From a virus (lineage: Duplodnaviria > Caudoviricetes), in IMG/VR virus record IMGVR_UViG_3300037467_001092, positions 1 through 53,880 of that record: a stretch of DNA of 53,880 nucleotides. One strand, written 5' to 3'. Every line of letters starts with the position of its first letter. Position 1 is the stretch's first letter. Of this stretch, positions 9,690 through 18,213 are shown piece after piece. The position numbers and the translations under genes are program-made. A model generated the notes under the pieces. The model did not search any database, was not told the origin of the DNA, and saw only the letters and a list, made by a program, of their open reading frames with translations.

Positions 9690-9726
9690 GGCGACCTCCG
9701 CCGCGGTTGAGGCGGGTTCGGTTTGT

Positions 9727-9769
9727 GGTGATATCAGTCTAGCGCTCCAGCCGGCTCGGTGATATCACC
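9727..9769. promoter_or_regulatory. Pair of operator sites for the adjacent RHH protein
   Basis: GGTGATATCA at 9727 and the perfect palindrome GGTGATATCACC at 9758-9769, just before ATG 9774. Confidence 0.55.
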
Positions 9770-9773
9770 AGGC

Positions 9774-9923
9774 ATGGTCACGAAGCTGAAGCGGTTCCTT
9801 GTCACGCTGTTCCCCGAAGACCGGAGCCGCCTCGAGGCGCTCGCGAAGATCTTTGGGTTGGATAAGTCTGCCACGATCAGGAAGCTGATCAGCGACGCGG
9901 CCAAGATGCGGGGCCTCAAGTGA
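9774..9923 (+). CDS. Ribbon-helix-helix (CopG-like) DNA-binding protein, 49 aa, below the ORF-track cutoff
   Basis: MVTKLKRFLVTLFPEDRSRLEALAKIFGLDKSATIRKLISDAAKMRGLK shows a strand-helix-G-x-x-x-S-helix pattern. Confidence 0.7.
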   Translation: MVTKLKRFLVTLFPEDRSRLEALAKIFGLDKSATIRKLISDAAKMRGLK

Positions 9924-10000
9924 CCCGCTCCGAACTCCACCTCGCGCTCCTGGCGCTGGCCTCCGCCTTCGTGGCCGGGCTTTCCGTAGGAGCGTTGGGC

Positions 10001-10198
10001 CTAACGATCCTCTTGGGTGAGCTTCCCAACAAGGAAGTCTTCAGCATCCTCTATGGACAGGAGGTGACCGATCACCACCCATCCGACAGGGTGTAGCTTC
10101 CAGACTTTGATCTTATCGCCTTCGTTCTTGTAGCGGTAGGGTAGCGCTTCGGCGTCGTGCCTGGCCTTCTGGAGGAGGCCGTGGACTATGCTGGCCAT
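10001..10198 (-). CDS. Hypothetical protein
   Basis: 65 aa, TGATG-coupled to the upstream small ORF, lower GC. Confidence 0.55.
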   Translation of the reverse strand: MASIVHGLLQKARHDAEALPYRYKNEGDKIKVWKLHPVGWVVIGHLLSIEDAEDFLVGKLTQEDR

Positions 10199-10344
10199 CA
10201 GGTCACGTACGGCTTCAGAAGCTTACGAAGCTCTGCGTTCTCTTTGTTGAGCTGATCGCATCGATGAGCGAACAGCCAAGCTGCAAGGCCCAGCTTAGCC
10301 CCAAGAACGCTCACCACGATAAGGGCTAGAGCTTCTTGGGACAT
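10198..10344 (-). CDS. Small membrane protein (48 aa)
   Basis: MSQEALALIVVSVLGAKLGLAAWLFAHRCDQLNKENAELRKLLKPYVT, one TM plus a coiled coil, SD GAGG. Confidence 0.5.
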   Translation of the reverse strand: MSQEALALIVVSVLGAKLGLAAWLFAHRCDQLNKENAELRKLLKPYVT

Positions 10345-10661
10345 GGGGACCTCGGACTGAGGTGGAAGCCAGCTCGCAGACCTCTTGCGTAAGTGGCCGT
10401 ACGGCTAAGGTGCGTGTGTCTGGGCTGGCTGTAGGGCGGCGGGGGAGCGCTTCGTGCGCAACATCCCCGCCTAGTAAATCCCTACTAGGTTCGGCGATTT
10501 GGTGCAACAGCTAAGTTTGGACCACTACATGTGGTGGTTTGTCGCAGCGTACACGAGCGATATGAGCGCCCAGCGATAAGCGCCTTCCGGAAATGATTTG
10601 CTGCCAATTCCAACGGCCGCGCACCCCAGGATATAGACGACCAAATACGCCCACGCGTTGA

Positions 10662-11219
10662 TCACGCCGCCACCCTCCCCGGTTCCTGATACTGCCTGCG
10701 CAGAGCTTCCACGGACGCCACCACGAGCGCTGTCTGCCGATCCCTCACATGGATGCCCAGCCGCTCCATGACGCCCCTCCAGGCCATGGGCCGGTCTTCC
10801 TCGACCGTCGCCACCATGAAGGTCTCAAGGATCACACGGGAGAGCGGGTCAACCTCGCCAAGCGCTCGGGATACCGCCCGGCCGGCGCGGATCATTCTGT
10901 CCGTCACCAGCTCAGCGCAACCGGACCCGCCGTCCACCGCTTCCCCGAAGCTGTCGCCCTTGCCGTCCAGGCCCTTCCAGGCCGCCCAGTCGTTGGCCAG
11001 CGTATAGGCTGCATCGTAGTGGTCGGCGCTGATCGTGCCGCGCTGAAGCAGGAGGTTGAAGACGTTGGTGAGTCTGGCGCTCACCACCTTGCCGCCTCGG
11101 TCCAAGGTCAGCTTGGCGCCCAAGGCGATGAGGCGGGCCTTCTCGGCTTCACGCTCTCGCTTTTCAAGGGCGGCTTCCGTGGCCTTGGCCGGGTCGAAAG
11201 GCTTGTTACGTCGTGCCAT
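10662..11219 (-). CDS. Putative late-gene activator/antiterminator (DUF6456-like, Q position)
   Basis: LLQRGTISADHYDAA and VDGGSG motifs, C-terminal HTH-like segment, last gene before the late intergenic region. Confidence 0.55.
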   Translation of the reverse strand: MARRNKPFDPAKATEAALEKREREAEKARLIALGAKLTLDRGGKVVSARLTNVFNLLLQRGTISADHYDAAYTLANDWAAWKGLDGKGDSFGEAVDGGSGCAELVTDRMIRAGRAVSRALGEVDPLSRVILETFMVATVEEDRPMAWRGVMERLGIHVRDRQTALVVASVEALRRQYQEPGRVAA

Positions 11220-12700
11220 CAGCTCGCCCTTTCCGTTTCGACATAGCGGCGCTCGTCCTTGGAGAAGTGCATGCGCACCTCGCCCGGCTTGCCGATCACC
11301 TCGTGGTAGCGGGACTTCTGGACCTTGATCAGCGTGTCATCCTCGTTCTCGCGGTGAACGATCACGCCCAGGTCGGCCTTATTGTACCAATTCGCACTGC
11401 CCGAGATGTCGTACAGCGTCGGCATCTTGTAGTTCCCGTCCCCGTCCTTCACGCTCTTGGTCGGGTGGGCGATGACGCAGATGTGGACCTTGAAGGCCTT
11501 GGCGAAACGCTTGAGCGTGCGGATCGCACGGCCGATGTACTCGGTCTCGCTCTCCCCCTGTCTGCGGTCGTGTTCGAGTTCGTTCCAGGGGTCGATGACG
11601 ATGATGCGCGCGGCATACCGGGCCACAGCGAGTTCCATCTTCTCCAACAGCCAGTCGAGGGTCGCGTCCTCATCCTCGCGGGGGATCAGGAACAGGTGCA
11701 TGGCGTCGATCCACCTGTCCGCGGCATCCCGCTCCGGTGGCGTCAGGTCGATCTCGCGGCGGCCGGTGAACCAGCTACGCAGGTTGCGCCTATGGTCCCG
11801 TTGGGGCTCCTGCTCGAAGCTCGCCCAGGCAATCGCCAGATTGTGGTCGTAGGCGATGCCGCAGAACAGGTCATTGGCAAAGCTGGTCTTGCCGAAGCCG
11901 GGGGTTCCGGTGATCACCGAGAAGTCGCCCAAGCGGCACTTGAAGTTCTCGCGGAACAGCTCGTGGCGGGGCTCGTAGATCACCGAGGCCGGCAGGGGTG
12001 GAAGCTCCCCCATCCGGTACACGCCATCCACCCGCAGCCATTGCGCCCGGTGGATCGTCTCGACCAGGCCCTTGGACCCGTAGAACTGGAGAACCTCGTT
12101 CAGATCCTTGCAGCGCTCGCGGCCCAGGTTGGCGCGCGCCGGAGCCTTGGGGTAGGTCAGGAACTTGCAGCGGTAGCGGCCGAAGAGAACCGAGAGGTCT
12201 TGCATCAGGGCCGCGCCGTTATCGTCGGCGTCCGTCGCTAGGATGATCTCGGGAACCCGGTCCTTGGACAGCAGGGCGCGGATGTCCTTCAGCCACTCAT
12301 ACTTCGATCCCCCTTCGAGCTCATCCTTGGAGCGGTCCCCAGGGGGCGGGGCGCCATCGGGAACGCTGATCGTGCGGGGGAACCCGGCTTGGATCGCCGC
12401 CACGGCATCAAGCTCGCCCTCGGTGACGATCAGGGGGAGCTCCAGCAGGCTGTCGTCGCGAAGGCAGTCCTCGTTGTAGGCGATCCGCTGACCGCCCTTG
12501 TCCTGCTGCCACTTGGCCCCACCTTCGGTCACATCGAAGCGCCGGTACTTGCGCCTGACAACCTGGCCCTCGCGGACAAACGGGATGACGAGCGCGTCAC
12601 CATCCCCGCGCCGCATGCTGGCGAGGCCGAGCTTGTCTGCCAGCTCCACGTCGATCCCACGGGCGGCCAGCTTGTCCATGTGTTCGGTGCTCAACGTCAT
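11219..12700 (-). CDS. TOPRIM primase-SF4 helicase (T7 gp4/Twinkle-like) lacking the zinc domain
   Basis: IVTEGELDAVA, SVPDGA, ATDADDNG, Walker A GTPGFGKTS, IVIDP, VIAHP, DISGS. SD AAGGGAG precedes ATG 12700. Confidence 0.9.
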   Translation of the reverse strand: MTLSTEHMDKLAARGIDVELADKLGLASMRRGDGDALVIPFVREGQVVRRKYRRFDVTEGGAKWQQDKGGQRIAYNEDCLRDDSLLELPLIVTEGELDAVAAIQAGFPRTISVPDGAPPPGDRSKDELEGGSKYEWLKDIRALLSKDRVPEIILATDADDNGAALMQDLSVLFGRYRCKFLTYPKAPARANLGRERCKDLNEVLQFYGSKGLVETIHRAQWLRVDGVYRMGELPPLPASVIYEPRHELFRENFKCRLGDFSVITGTPGFGKTSFANDLFCGIAYDHNLAIAWASFEQEPQRDHRRNLRSWFTGRREIDLTPPERDAADRWIDAMHLFLIPREDEDATLDWLLEKMELAVARYAARIIVIDPWNELEHDRRQGESETEYIGRAIRTLKRFAKAFKVHICVIAHPTKSVKDGDGNYKMPTLYDISGSANWYNKADLGVIVHRENEDDTLIKVQKSRYHEVIGKPGEVRMHFSKDERRYVETERAS

Positions 12701-12896
12701 CGGACAGGGCTCCCTTGAAATCGTGGCAGTGGTGGCAGCAGTACCGGATGGTCTCGCCATCGACGGTCACGTGCAGGCAGGGGTCGCGCTTCTTGCGGCG
12801 CTGGGGTGAGCATGCCGGGCACGGCGTGCGGTAGTCGGCGCGGCCCGCGATGAGCGGGATGCCGAGCTCCTGCGCCTTGGCTTCCTTGGTCGCCAT
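12597..12896 (-). CDS. Stand-alone primase zinc-binding domain
   Basis: CPACSPQRRKKRDPCLHV...YCCHHC, as in Twinkle-type N-termini. Confidence 0.75.
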   Translation of the reverse strand: MATKEAKAQELGIPLIAGRADYRTPCPACSPQRRKKRDPCLHVTVDGETIRYCCHHCHDFKGALSDDVEHRTHGQAGRPWDRRGAGRQARPRQHAARGW

Positions 12897-13597
12897 CAGA
12901 CGAAGCTCACGCGCTTTGCGGGACCAGCCTGGCGCTTCCGATTGCGGGCCTGCGCGGCGCGGGTGAGGAAGGCTTGCGGGTCCTTCGTGCCGAGGTGCTC
13001 CGCCTCGCCAATGGCGCCCAGGAGTTCGCTCGCCTCCAGACCGTTGACCGACAGGAGCTTGCCGAAGAACGCCCCGGCGCTTTCTGGGGACATCTTGCCT
13101 TGGGCGATGAGCACGGTCTTCGCCGCTGCCCAGGCTTTCGAATTTGCTGTGGGCGGTTCGCCGCCAGAAGCGTTAGCTTCTGTACTTATATGGTTCTGGT
13201 TCTGGTTATGTAGGCAATTGCTTTCCGTTTGCTTAGCAATTGCTTCGGTCGGGCCGTTGTTATCATTAGCCTTTTGGCGACCACCCCGTTTTCCGGCCTC
13301 TGAGCGCTTACCGGAGGTGTTTTCGTACTTGGCCATTTCGAGCGCGACGCGCTTGTGCGTCAGGCGACCCCGAGAGCGTCGGAAAAACGGCAGGATGACA
13401 TCGCGGATCTCGGCCCACTGGTCGGCCGAACACTTCGCCAGCTTCGCCAGGTTGACGTCCGCAGCCGGCAGTACGCCGCCCGCGCGCCACATGGCCATCA
13501 GCAGGAGCATGTAGGCCCCATGCTCAGCGGTGCTTAGGTGGTGCGTGTCGCCCAGGTAATCGGCGACGTACAACTTCATGTAGGGTGGCGCGCTCAC
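12896..13597 (-). CDS. Replication initiator, YdaU/DUF1376 family
   Basis: PYMKLYVADYLGDTHHLSTAEHGAYMLLL and RSEAGKRGG motifs. Confidence 0.85.
   Translation of the reverse strand: MSAPPYMKLYVADYLGDTHHLSTAEHGAYMLLLMAMWRAGGVLPAADVNLAKLAKCSADQWAEIRDVILPFFRRSRGRLTHKRVALEMAKYENTSGKRSEAGKRGGRQKANDNNGPTEAIAKQTESNCLHNQNQNHISTEANASGGEPPTANSKAWAAAKTVLIAQGKMSPESAGAFFGKLLSVNGLEASELLGAIGEAEHLGTKDPQAFLTRAAQARNRKRQAGPAKRVSFV
13180..13275. other. Candidate replication origin inside the initiator gene
   Basis: AT-rich stretch with GCAATTGCTT at 13214 and 13236 and GGTTCT repeats, the lambdoid placement of ori within the O-like gene. Confidence 0.45.
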
Positions 13598-13782
13598 AGC
13601 CGGGCTCCGGACGCAAGCGCGTCAGCAAGCTCAGCTAGGCGCCGTGAGTAGCGGTTGGCGGCATTGGCCAGGGCGTCGCTTTCGCAGGGGTCTCGCGACT
13701 CCGCTGCGGCCTGTCGGCATCGAGTCGCACAAATGGCGGCCTGCAGCATCTGCTCCACAACGCTGTATGTCCGGGTCTTCAT
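13594..13782 (-). CDS. Hypothetical protein
   Basis: MKTRTYSVV..., ATGA coupling on both sides. Confidence 0.6.
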   Translation of the reverse strand: MKTRTYSVVEQMLQAAICATRCRQAAAESRDPCESDALANAANRYSRRLAELADALASGARL

Positions 13783-14309
13783 GCCGCCTCCCGCTCTTGC
13801 TCGAGGCGGGCGGAATGGGCGTTGGCCCCCGCCAGGATCGAGGTGTGGTGGCGGTTGAACCAGTGCGCGATCTGCGGAAGCGAGAAGCCCGAGGTCCAGA
13901 GCCTCCACCAGACTTGTTGGCGTGGCTTCGTGTAGAGCTTGTGGCGGCGCTCTCCGACCATCTCAGACCAGGTGATCGCGTAGAGGTCGCAGACTTCTCG
14001 GATGATCTTGTAGGCCCGCGCAGGCATGGCCTTGTCACCCCGCTTGGGGGGCGGCGGTCGGCGGATCACTGGCGCACGCTCAGGCGCCTTGGGTTGACCG
14101 TAGGTTCTGCGCGGCGCGCGCTCGAGGCTGAGAGCTTCACGGGCCGCCGTCACCTCCTGAACGCCACGCATGAGCATCTTGGCGACGGCGGAGTCAGGAA
14201 CGCCCTTCCGCGCCATACCGGCGATGAACTCCATGTCGTGGCTGTCCAGGCCGCCCCGGCGGGCGGTCGCGAACTCGCCCCCGCGGGCGGATGAAATTGG
14301 GCCGCTCAT
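13779..14309 (-). CDS. DnaA C-terminal (domain IV) HTH protein
   Basis: IIREVCDLYAITWSEMVGERR...PRQ...SLPQIAHWFNRHHTSIL. Confidence 0.8.
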   Translation of the reverse strand: MSGPISSARGGEFATARRGGLDSHDMEFIAGMARKGVPDSAVAKMLMRGVQEVTAAREALSLERAPRRTYGQPKAPERAPVIRRPPPPKRGDKAMPARAYKIIREVCDLYAITWSEMVGERRHKLYTKPRQQVWWRLWTSGFSLPQIAHWFNRHHTSILAGANAHSARLEQEREAA

Positions 14310-14659
14310 GACATCCCCCGAAGCGTGATGGAGACGCCGCCGGGCTTGCTGGGGGCGTGATCGCTCCAGGCCAGGATGATGCGGCGGGCAAGGCTGTCGT
14401 CCTCGATCACGCCGCAGGACACGAGAAGGTCCAGCGGGGCTTTGGCTAGTCCGTCAAGGTCGCGCTTGCGTCGGTCGGGCGGGCTGCACTCGATGGAGAT
14501 GCAGAAGTGACCCTTGAGGCCCGGGCAACCCTGCGCCAGGAGATGGAGCGCCGCGGCGCGGGTCCAGGCGGTATAGCGCTCAGTCTTGATCCGGCGCTTG
14601 CCGGCGTTGCGATAGAGGTTGTTGACGGCCGGGGGCCAGGGGAGCTCGAGTGCGATCAC
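14306..14659 (-). CDS. rusA: RusA Holliday junction resolvase
   Basis: LPWPPAVNNLYR and PPDRRKRDLDGLAKAPLDLLVSCGVIEDDS. Confidence 0.9.
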   Translation of the reverse strand: MIALELPWPPAVNNLYRNAGKRRIKTERYTAWTRAAALHLLAQGCPGLKGHFCISIECSPPDRRKRDLDGLAKAPLDLLVSCGVIEDDSLARRIILAWSDHAPSKPGGVSITLRGMS

Positions 14660-14908
14660 CGCCCCTCCTCCGTCGCATTGCGAAGGGCCTTGGCGGGATA
14701 GCTGATGGCCTCGACGTAGCGTTCGCAGTCGTCGCGCAGGAGGCGGTCGTTGGGCTTCAACGAAAAAGACCCCGACGCCGAAACGCCGGGGAGTTCTTCA
14801 GGGAGGGGTGCGCGGCCTAGCTCCCCGGCCGCCAGGGATTGCTGCAGTTCTTCGGAGGCCTCGGCGATCAGCTGATGGCCCAGGTCAGACAGGAATCCGC
14901 CGACGTCG

Positions 14909-15307
14909 CTAAGCCGCCGACCGACCCACAGCTTGGAGCACGCGACCGGCGCGCGCCTCCAGTGATCGAAGGTGATCGCGACGCGCGCGTGCGCGCTCGG
15001 CTTCTCGTTCGTGCTCATCTGCGACGCCCCTTAGGAATTCCTCGTAAGACCCTCCCGCCATGGCTTCCCCGATAGCCATGACAAGGGGCCAGCCTTCCGC
15101 CTTGAGCGCCTTCGCAAGCGAGCGCTCGGAGCAGTGGCCTTTGGTTAGGTTCTCAGCTGCGGTGAACTTGAGGTCGTACTTCCGCGCCACGGTCTTGGCC
15201 GTGTCGTGCGGGTACGCCGCTCGAACGAAGCGGGCGATGAGACCGCCCAGGTTCTCCGTCGTTTCTTGCCGGTTGAGATGCATGAAAGTCGCTGCCACCT
15301 GAGCCAT
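14909..15307 (-). CDS. Putative CII-like regulator
   Basis: HTH-like YPHDTAKTVARKYDLKFTAAENL, downstream of cro and upstream of replication genes. Confidence 0.5.
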   Translation of the reverse strand: MAQVAATFMHLNRQETTENLGGLIARFVRAAYPHDTAKTVARKYDLKFTAAENLTKGHCSERSLAKALKAEGWPLVMAIGEAMAGGSYEEFLRGVADEHEREAERARARRDHLRSLEARAGRVLQAVGRSAA

Positions 15308-15351
15308 TAGTTGCCTCGGTAGCGGCGCGTTGCCGCAGGACAGAGGGTCAC

Positions 15352-15585
15352 ATGGACTTCATGACGGGAGGCGAATCGGACGCTCTGGAATGCCGGGATC
15401 GGTGCTTGGCGGCACTGGTCTCGGAAGCTGACTTCGAGACGGCCCAGGCGCTTTGGCGAGCGGCTGGGCGGTACAACATGCGCAATAGGATAGAGCGGGC
15501 TGGTCGACTGGAAATCACCAGCCCGCTCTCGCACGCGGCCTGCGGGGAACAGGCTGGGGTACTGGCGCGCGATGTGAATTTCTGA
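15352..15585 (+). CDS. Hypothetical protein antisense to the cro operon
   Basis: 77-aa ORF with SD-like GAGGG. Confidence 0.4.
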   Translation: MDFMTGGESDALECRDRCLAALVSEADFETAQALWRAAGRYNMRNRIERAGRLEITSPLSHAACGEQAGVLARDVNF

Positions 15586-15731
15586 GTGGGCCATGGGCTC
15601 AGCTCACCAGGGCCACGAGGCCCGCCCAGCAAGCGATGCTGAAGCCGAGGCCGCCGATCAGGCCGAACGCCGGCCCGTAATGGGTAGGCCGCCGCATGGC
15701 CTCGCGGAATTTCCTCGATACGGTATGGAGG

Positions 15732-16025
15732 ATGAACCTGATGGCCCAACCCCCGCCCGCCGGCCAGCGGCCGAACGTCGCCGTTGGCTTGGCGATCCTG
15801 CTGCTCATGCTGTTGGCGGAGGAGAAGCCGAAGCGGCTGAAACGCTTCCGCGAACTGCTCGACGACAAGGCGATCCACGCCAAGGTCAAGCGCCTGCGGG
15901 GCGAGCGCACCTCTGCCGAGTGGGATCTGCTGTTCGCCGTCACGAAGGAAGTGGGCGAGCCGGTGTTGCAGATGATCGAGGAAATGCTCGCCGAAAGGCC
16001 GCCCAAGCGACGCAAGCAGAAGTAG
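15732..16025 (+). CDS. Hypothetical protein antisense to the cro operon
   Basis: SD GGAGG before MNLMAQ, GC3-rich codons. Confidence 0.55.
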   Translation: MNLMAQPPPAGQRPNVAVGLAILLLMLLAEEKPKRLKRFRELLDDKAIHAKVKRLRGERTSAEWDLLFAVTKEVGEPVLQMIEEMLAERPPKRRKQK

Positions 16026-16336
16026 CGACAAGTCGCCACAGTATCGCTGCGCAAGCTGGTCTGCCACAACCCAACCGGGGACACCTTAAGTTGGGGGCGA
16101 GTATTGCCAAAACCTTTACGCGCGGTGGAGCACGACGCTGCGTTACTGGCCATTGCGGCGTTGTCAGCAGTCGGCCGCACAGAAAAAGAAACCCGGAAAG
16201 CCTGCCGCAAGCTGCGGCGCATGGCCGTCAGGAGGCTGATGGTCTCCCACGGGTTGCGATCGCTGAACGACGACGCAGCCGCCTGCATCGCGCGGGCTTG
16301 TGGCGCCTGCGGAGGATGCAAGGGGGTCGCGAACAT

Positions 16337-16558
16337 CTAGGCCGCTCCCTGGAACCGCTCGAGCACCGCAATCTCGTCTTCAGTCGCATCGCTGATCGCG
16401 CCGAAGCGCTGTCCGGTAGCCCGGAAGATGCGGATGGCGGTAGCTGCTGGCGGCGTCTTGACACCACTGAGGATCTGGCTCGCGTAGGGCACGCTGATGC
16501 CAGCCGCTCGGGCGAGGTTGGTCGGAGTGAGGCCGGGCTCGTTGTTCGCCATAGGCAT
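16337..16558 (-). CDS. cro: Cro-like HTH protein
   Basis: LTPTNLARAAGISVPYASQILSGVKTP, divergent from the repressor. Confidence 0.8.
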   Translation of the reverse strand: MPMANNEPGLTPTNLARAAGISVPYASQILSGVKTPPAATAIRIFRATGQRFGAISDATEDEIAVLERFQGAA

Positions 16559-16562
16559 TATG

Positions 16563-16577
16563 TTTGCCTAAGGCTAA
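16563..16577. promoter_or_regulatory. Repressor operator (OR-like)
   Basis: TTTGCCTAAGGCTAA matches TTTGCCCGTGGCTAA (17592) and TTTGCCAGTGGCGTA (17557). Confidence 0.65.
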
Positions 16578-16642
16578 CTCGTTTGTCCAGTGTAAAATCA
16601 TGCCCAGGGCGCGACGACATGTCTGAGGCGCGAGGCCACAAT

Positions 16643-16966
16643 ATGCGCATGGCCCGCCACAAGAAGAATCTCTGGTATCTGAAGCAGTGGCGGAAATACC
16701 GCGGCTACACCCAGGATCGGCTTGCCGAGATGACGGGGCTGTCCAAGCCCTTCATCAGCCAGCTAGAGCGCGGCGAGCGGGGCTACACTCAAGACACGTT
16801 GGAGCTCTTTGCCGAGGCCCTTCAATGCGACATTGCAGACCTTCTCGTGCGCGACCCGACTGACCCTGACGGCATCTGGTCGATCTGGGATCAGCTCCGC
16901 CCCGTTGAGCGCAGCCAGGTCGTCGAGATCGCGAAGACGCTGAAGCGGACGGGCACTGATGGTTAG
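16643..16966 (+). CDS. cI: CI-like XRE HTH repressor without peptidase domain
   Basis: YLKQWRKYRGYTQDRLAEMTGLSKPFISQLERGERGYTQDTLELFAEAL, about 105 aa, start 16643 or 16649. Confidence 0.85.
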   Translation: MRMARHKKNLWYLKQWRKYRGYTQDRLAEMTGLSKPFISQLERGERGYTQDTLELFAEALQCDIADLLVRDPTDPDGIWSIWDQLRPVERSQVVEIAKTLKRTGTDG

Positions 16967-17291
16967 GTGGCGCTGGGCTCTCGGTGGGCTCGCCGCTCTC
17001 GTCGCCAGTAGCGCCGCCGCAGCACCTTTCTGTGTGGTCTCTTCGACCGGCGAGAACTGCTGGTACTTCGACTATCCCTCGTGCCAGCGGGCCGCCGCAC
17101 AGGCGCGGGGAGCCTGCGTTGCTCAGCAGGAGGAAGCCCCCAGGCAGTCCTATCAGCCCCGGCCGGCAGCGGGCGCTCCGTTCTGCGTCGTGACGTCCTA
17201 CGGGACGAACTGCTGGTACTATGACGCCCCATCCTGTCAGCGGGCCGCACAGTCCGCGCGCGGGGCTTGCGTCGTGAACCCCGACCGCTAG
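16959..17291 (+). CDS. Secreted Cys-rich two-repeat protein (DUF3551-like)
   Basis: Signal peptide plus two copies of APFCVV...NCWY.D.PSCQRAA..ARGACV. Confidence 0.75.
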   Translation: MVRWRWALGGLAALVASSAAAAPFCVVSSTGENCWYFDYPSCQRAAAQARGACVAQQEEAPRQSYQPRPAAGAPFCVVTSYGTNCWYYDAPSCQRAAQSARGACVVNPDR

Positions 17292-17497
17292 CCCATTCGG
17301 CGCGGTCGATCCCACAAGTCCTGCACCGGCCAGCCCGTCACCTCGTATAGATCCACGCGCTCGCGCCTCCGCTTGAGGCGGTCCCTCACGGCTCGCGCTT
17401 CCTCCAGCGTATAGAACTGCTGCGCCTCTCCGCGCACGAGCTGACCCTTGCGGCGCTCGTACGGCAGCACGCAAAACCGCGTCACCTTGAACATCAC
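17288..17497 (-). CDS. Hypothetical protein
   Basis: 69 aa, SD GAGGTGG. Confidence 0.55.
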   Translation of the reverse strand: MMFKVTRFCVLPYERRKGQLVRGEAQQFYTLEEARAVRDRLKRRRERVDLYEVTGWPVQDLWDRPRRMG

Positions 17498-17556
17498 CCA
17501 CCTCTTTTGACGGAGGCTACCGGCGGCCTGCGTCAGAATCGGTCGCAGGAGAAAAG

Positions 17557-17609
17557 TTTGCCAGTGGCGTACATTTCCCTTGCGGAGCGCGTTTGCCCGT
17601 GGCTAATAT
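17557..17609 (+). promoter_or_regulatory. PL-like promoter with two operators
   Basis: -35 TTGCGG (17580), -10 TAATAT (17604), overlapped by TTTGCC-N3-GGC operators. Confidence 0.6.
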
Positions 17610-17636
17610 CTCCAGGTCAACAAGGGACGCCACCCC

Positions 17637-17861
17637 ATGGCCTACGACGCCCAACACAAGCCGGTCACCGCCTGGACGACCTACGCAGAACTCACCCCCG
17701 ACCAGCGCGCCCGGTATGGCGCCTACGTCCTGGCGAAGGAGCAGTTCACCCAGCGGGCCGCCTACAACCAAGAGCAACGCCGTCGCGCCGGGGAGGCCCT
17801 GAAGGCTACCGGCGGGGACAAGCTGGCGGCTCTCGGCCTCATGCTGAACGGGGGCGTGTGA
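17637..17861 (+). CDS. Hypothetical early protein
   Basis: First ORF after the promoter, TGATG-coupled to the next gene. Confidence 0.65.
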   Translation: MAYDAQHKPVTAWTTYAELTPDQRARYGAYVLAKEQFTQRAAYNQEQRRRAGEALKATGGDKLAALGLMLNGGV

Positions 17862-17998
17862 TGCGCGAGCTGTCCGGCTACCGCCACGAGATCACCATCT
17901 ACCCCACCCGGTTCTCCTGGTGCATCGCAGAGGCCTTCCGCCTCGCCGCCATCGCCGGGCTCATCGCCCTGATCGCTCGCGTGCTGGGGTTCTGGTGA
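17861..17998 (+). CDS. Small membrane protein
   Basis: MRELSGY...LAAIAGLIALIARVLGFW, coupled on both sides. Confidence 0.55.
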   Translation: MRELSGYRHEITIYPTRFSWCIAEAFRLAAIAGLIALIARVLGFW

Positions 17999-18213
17999 TG
18001 GGGTTCCTGAACATCGCCCGGGAGATCGTCTCCCCGTCGACGCCGCCCCTCTGCTGCGACCTCTGTCAGTGGCCGATGGGCGCTCACGAGATCGTCCGCA
18101 ACGAGGACGGCTCAATCCCCGGCCTGCTCGTCTGCTCTCTCTGTGTGGAGGACAACCTTGCGACAGCCGACCAGCCCCGCTGCGAAGTGGGCTTGGTGGG
18201 AACAAGCCTGTGA
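17998..18213 (+). CDS. Small zinc-finger protein
   Basis: CDLC...CSLC. Confidence 0.55.
   Translation: MGFLNIAREIVSPSTPPLCCDLCQWPMGAHEIVRNEDGSIPGLLVCSLCVEDNLATADQPRCEVGLVGTSL

Noticed and set aside
15593-16642. 457-aa ORF as a long repressor
   Set aside because: The N-terminal part is Arg/Ala-rich and overlaps cro; only the last 105 or so residues look real.
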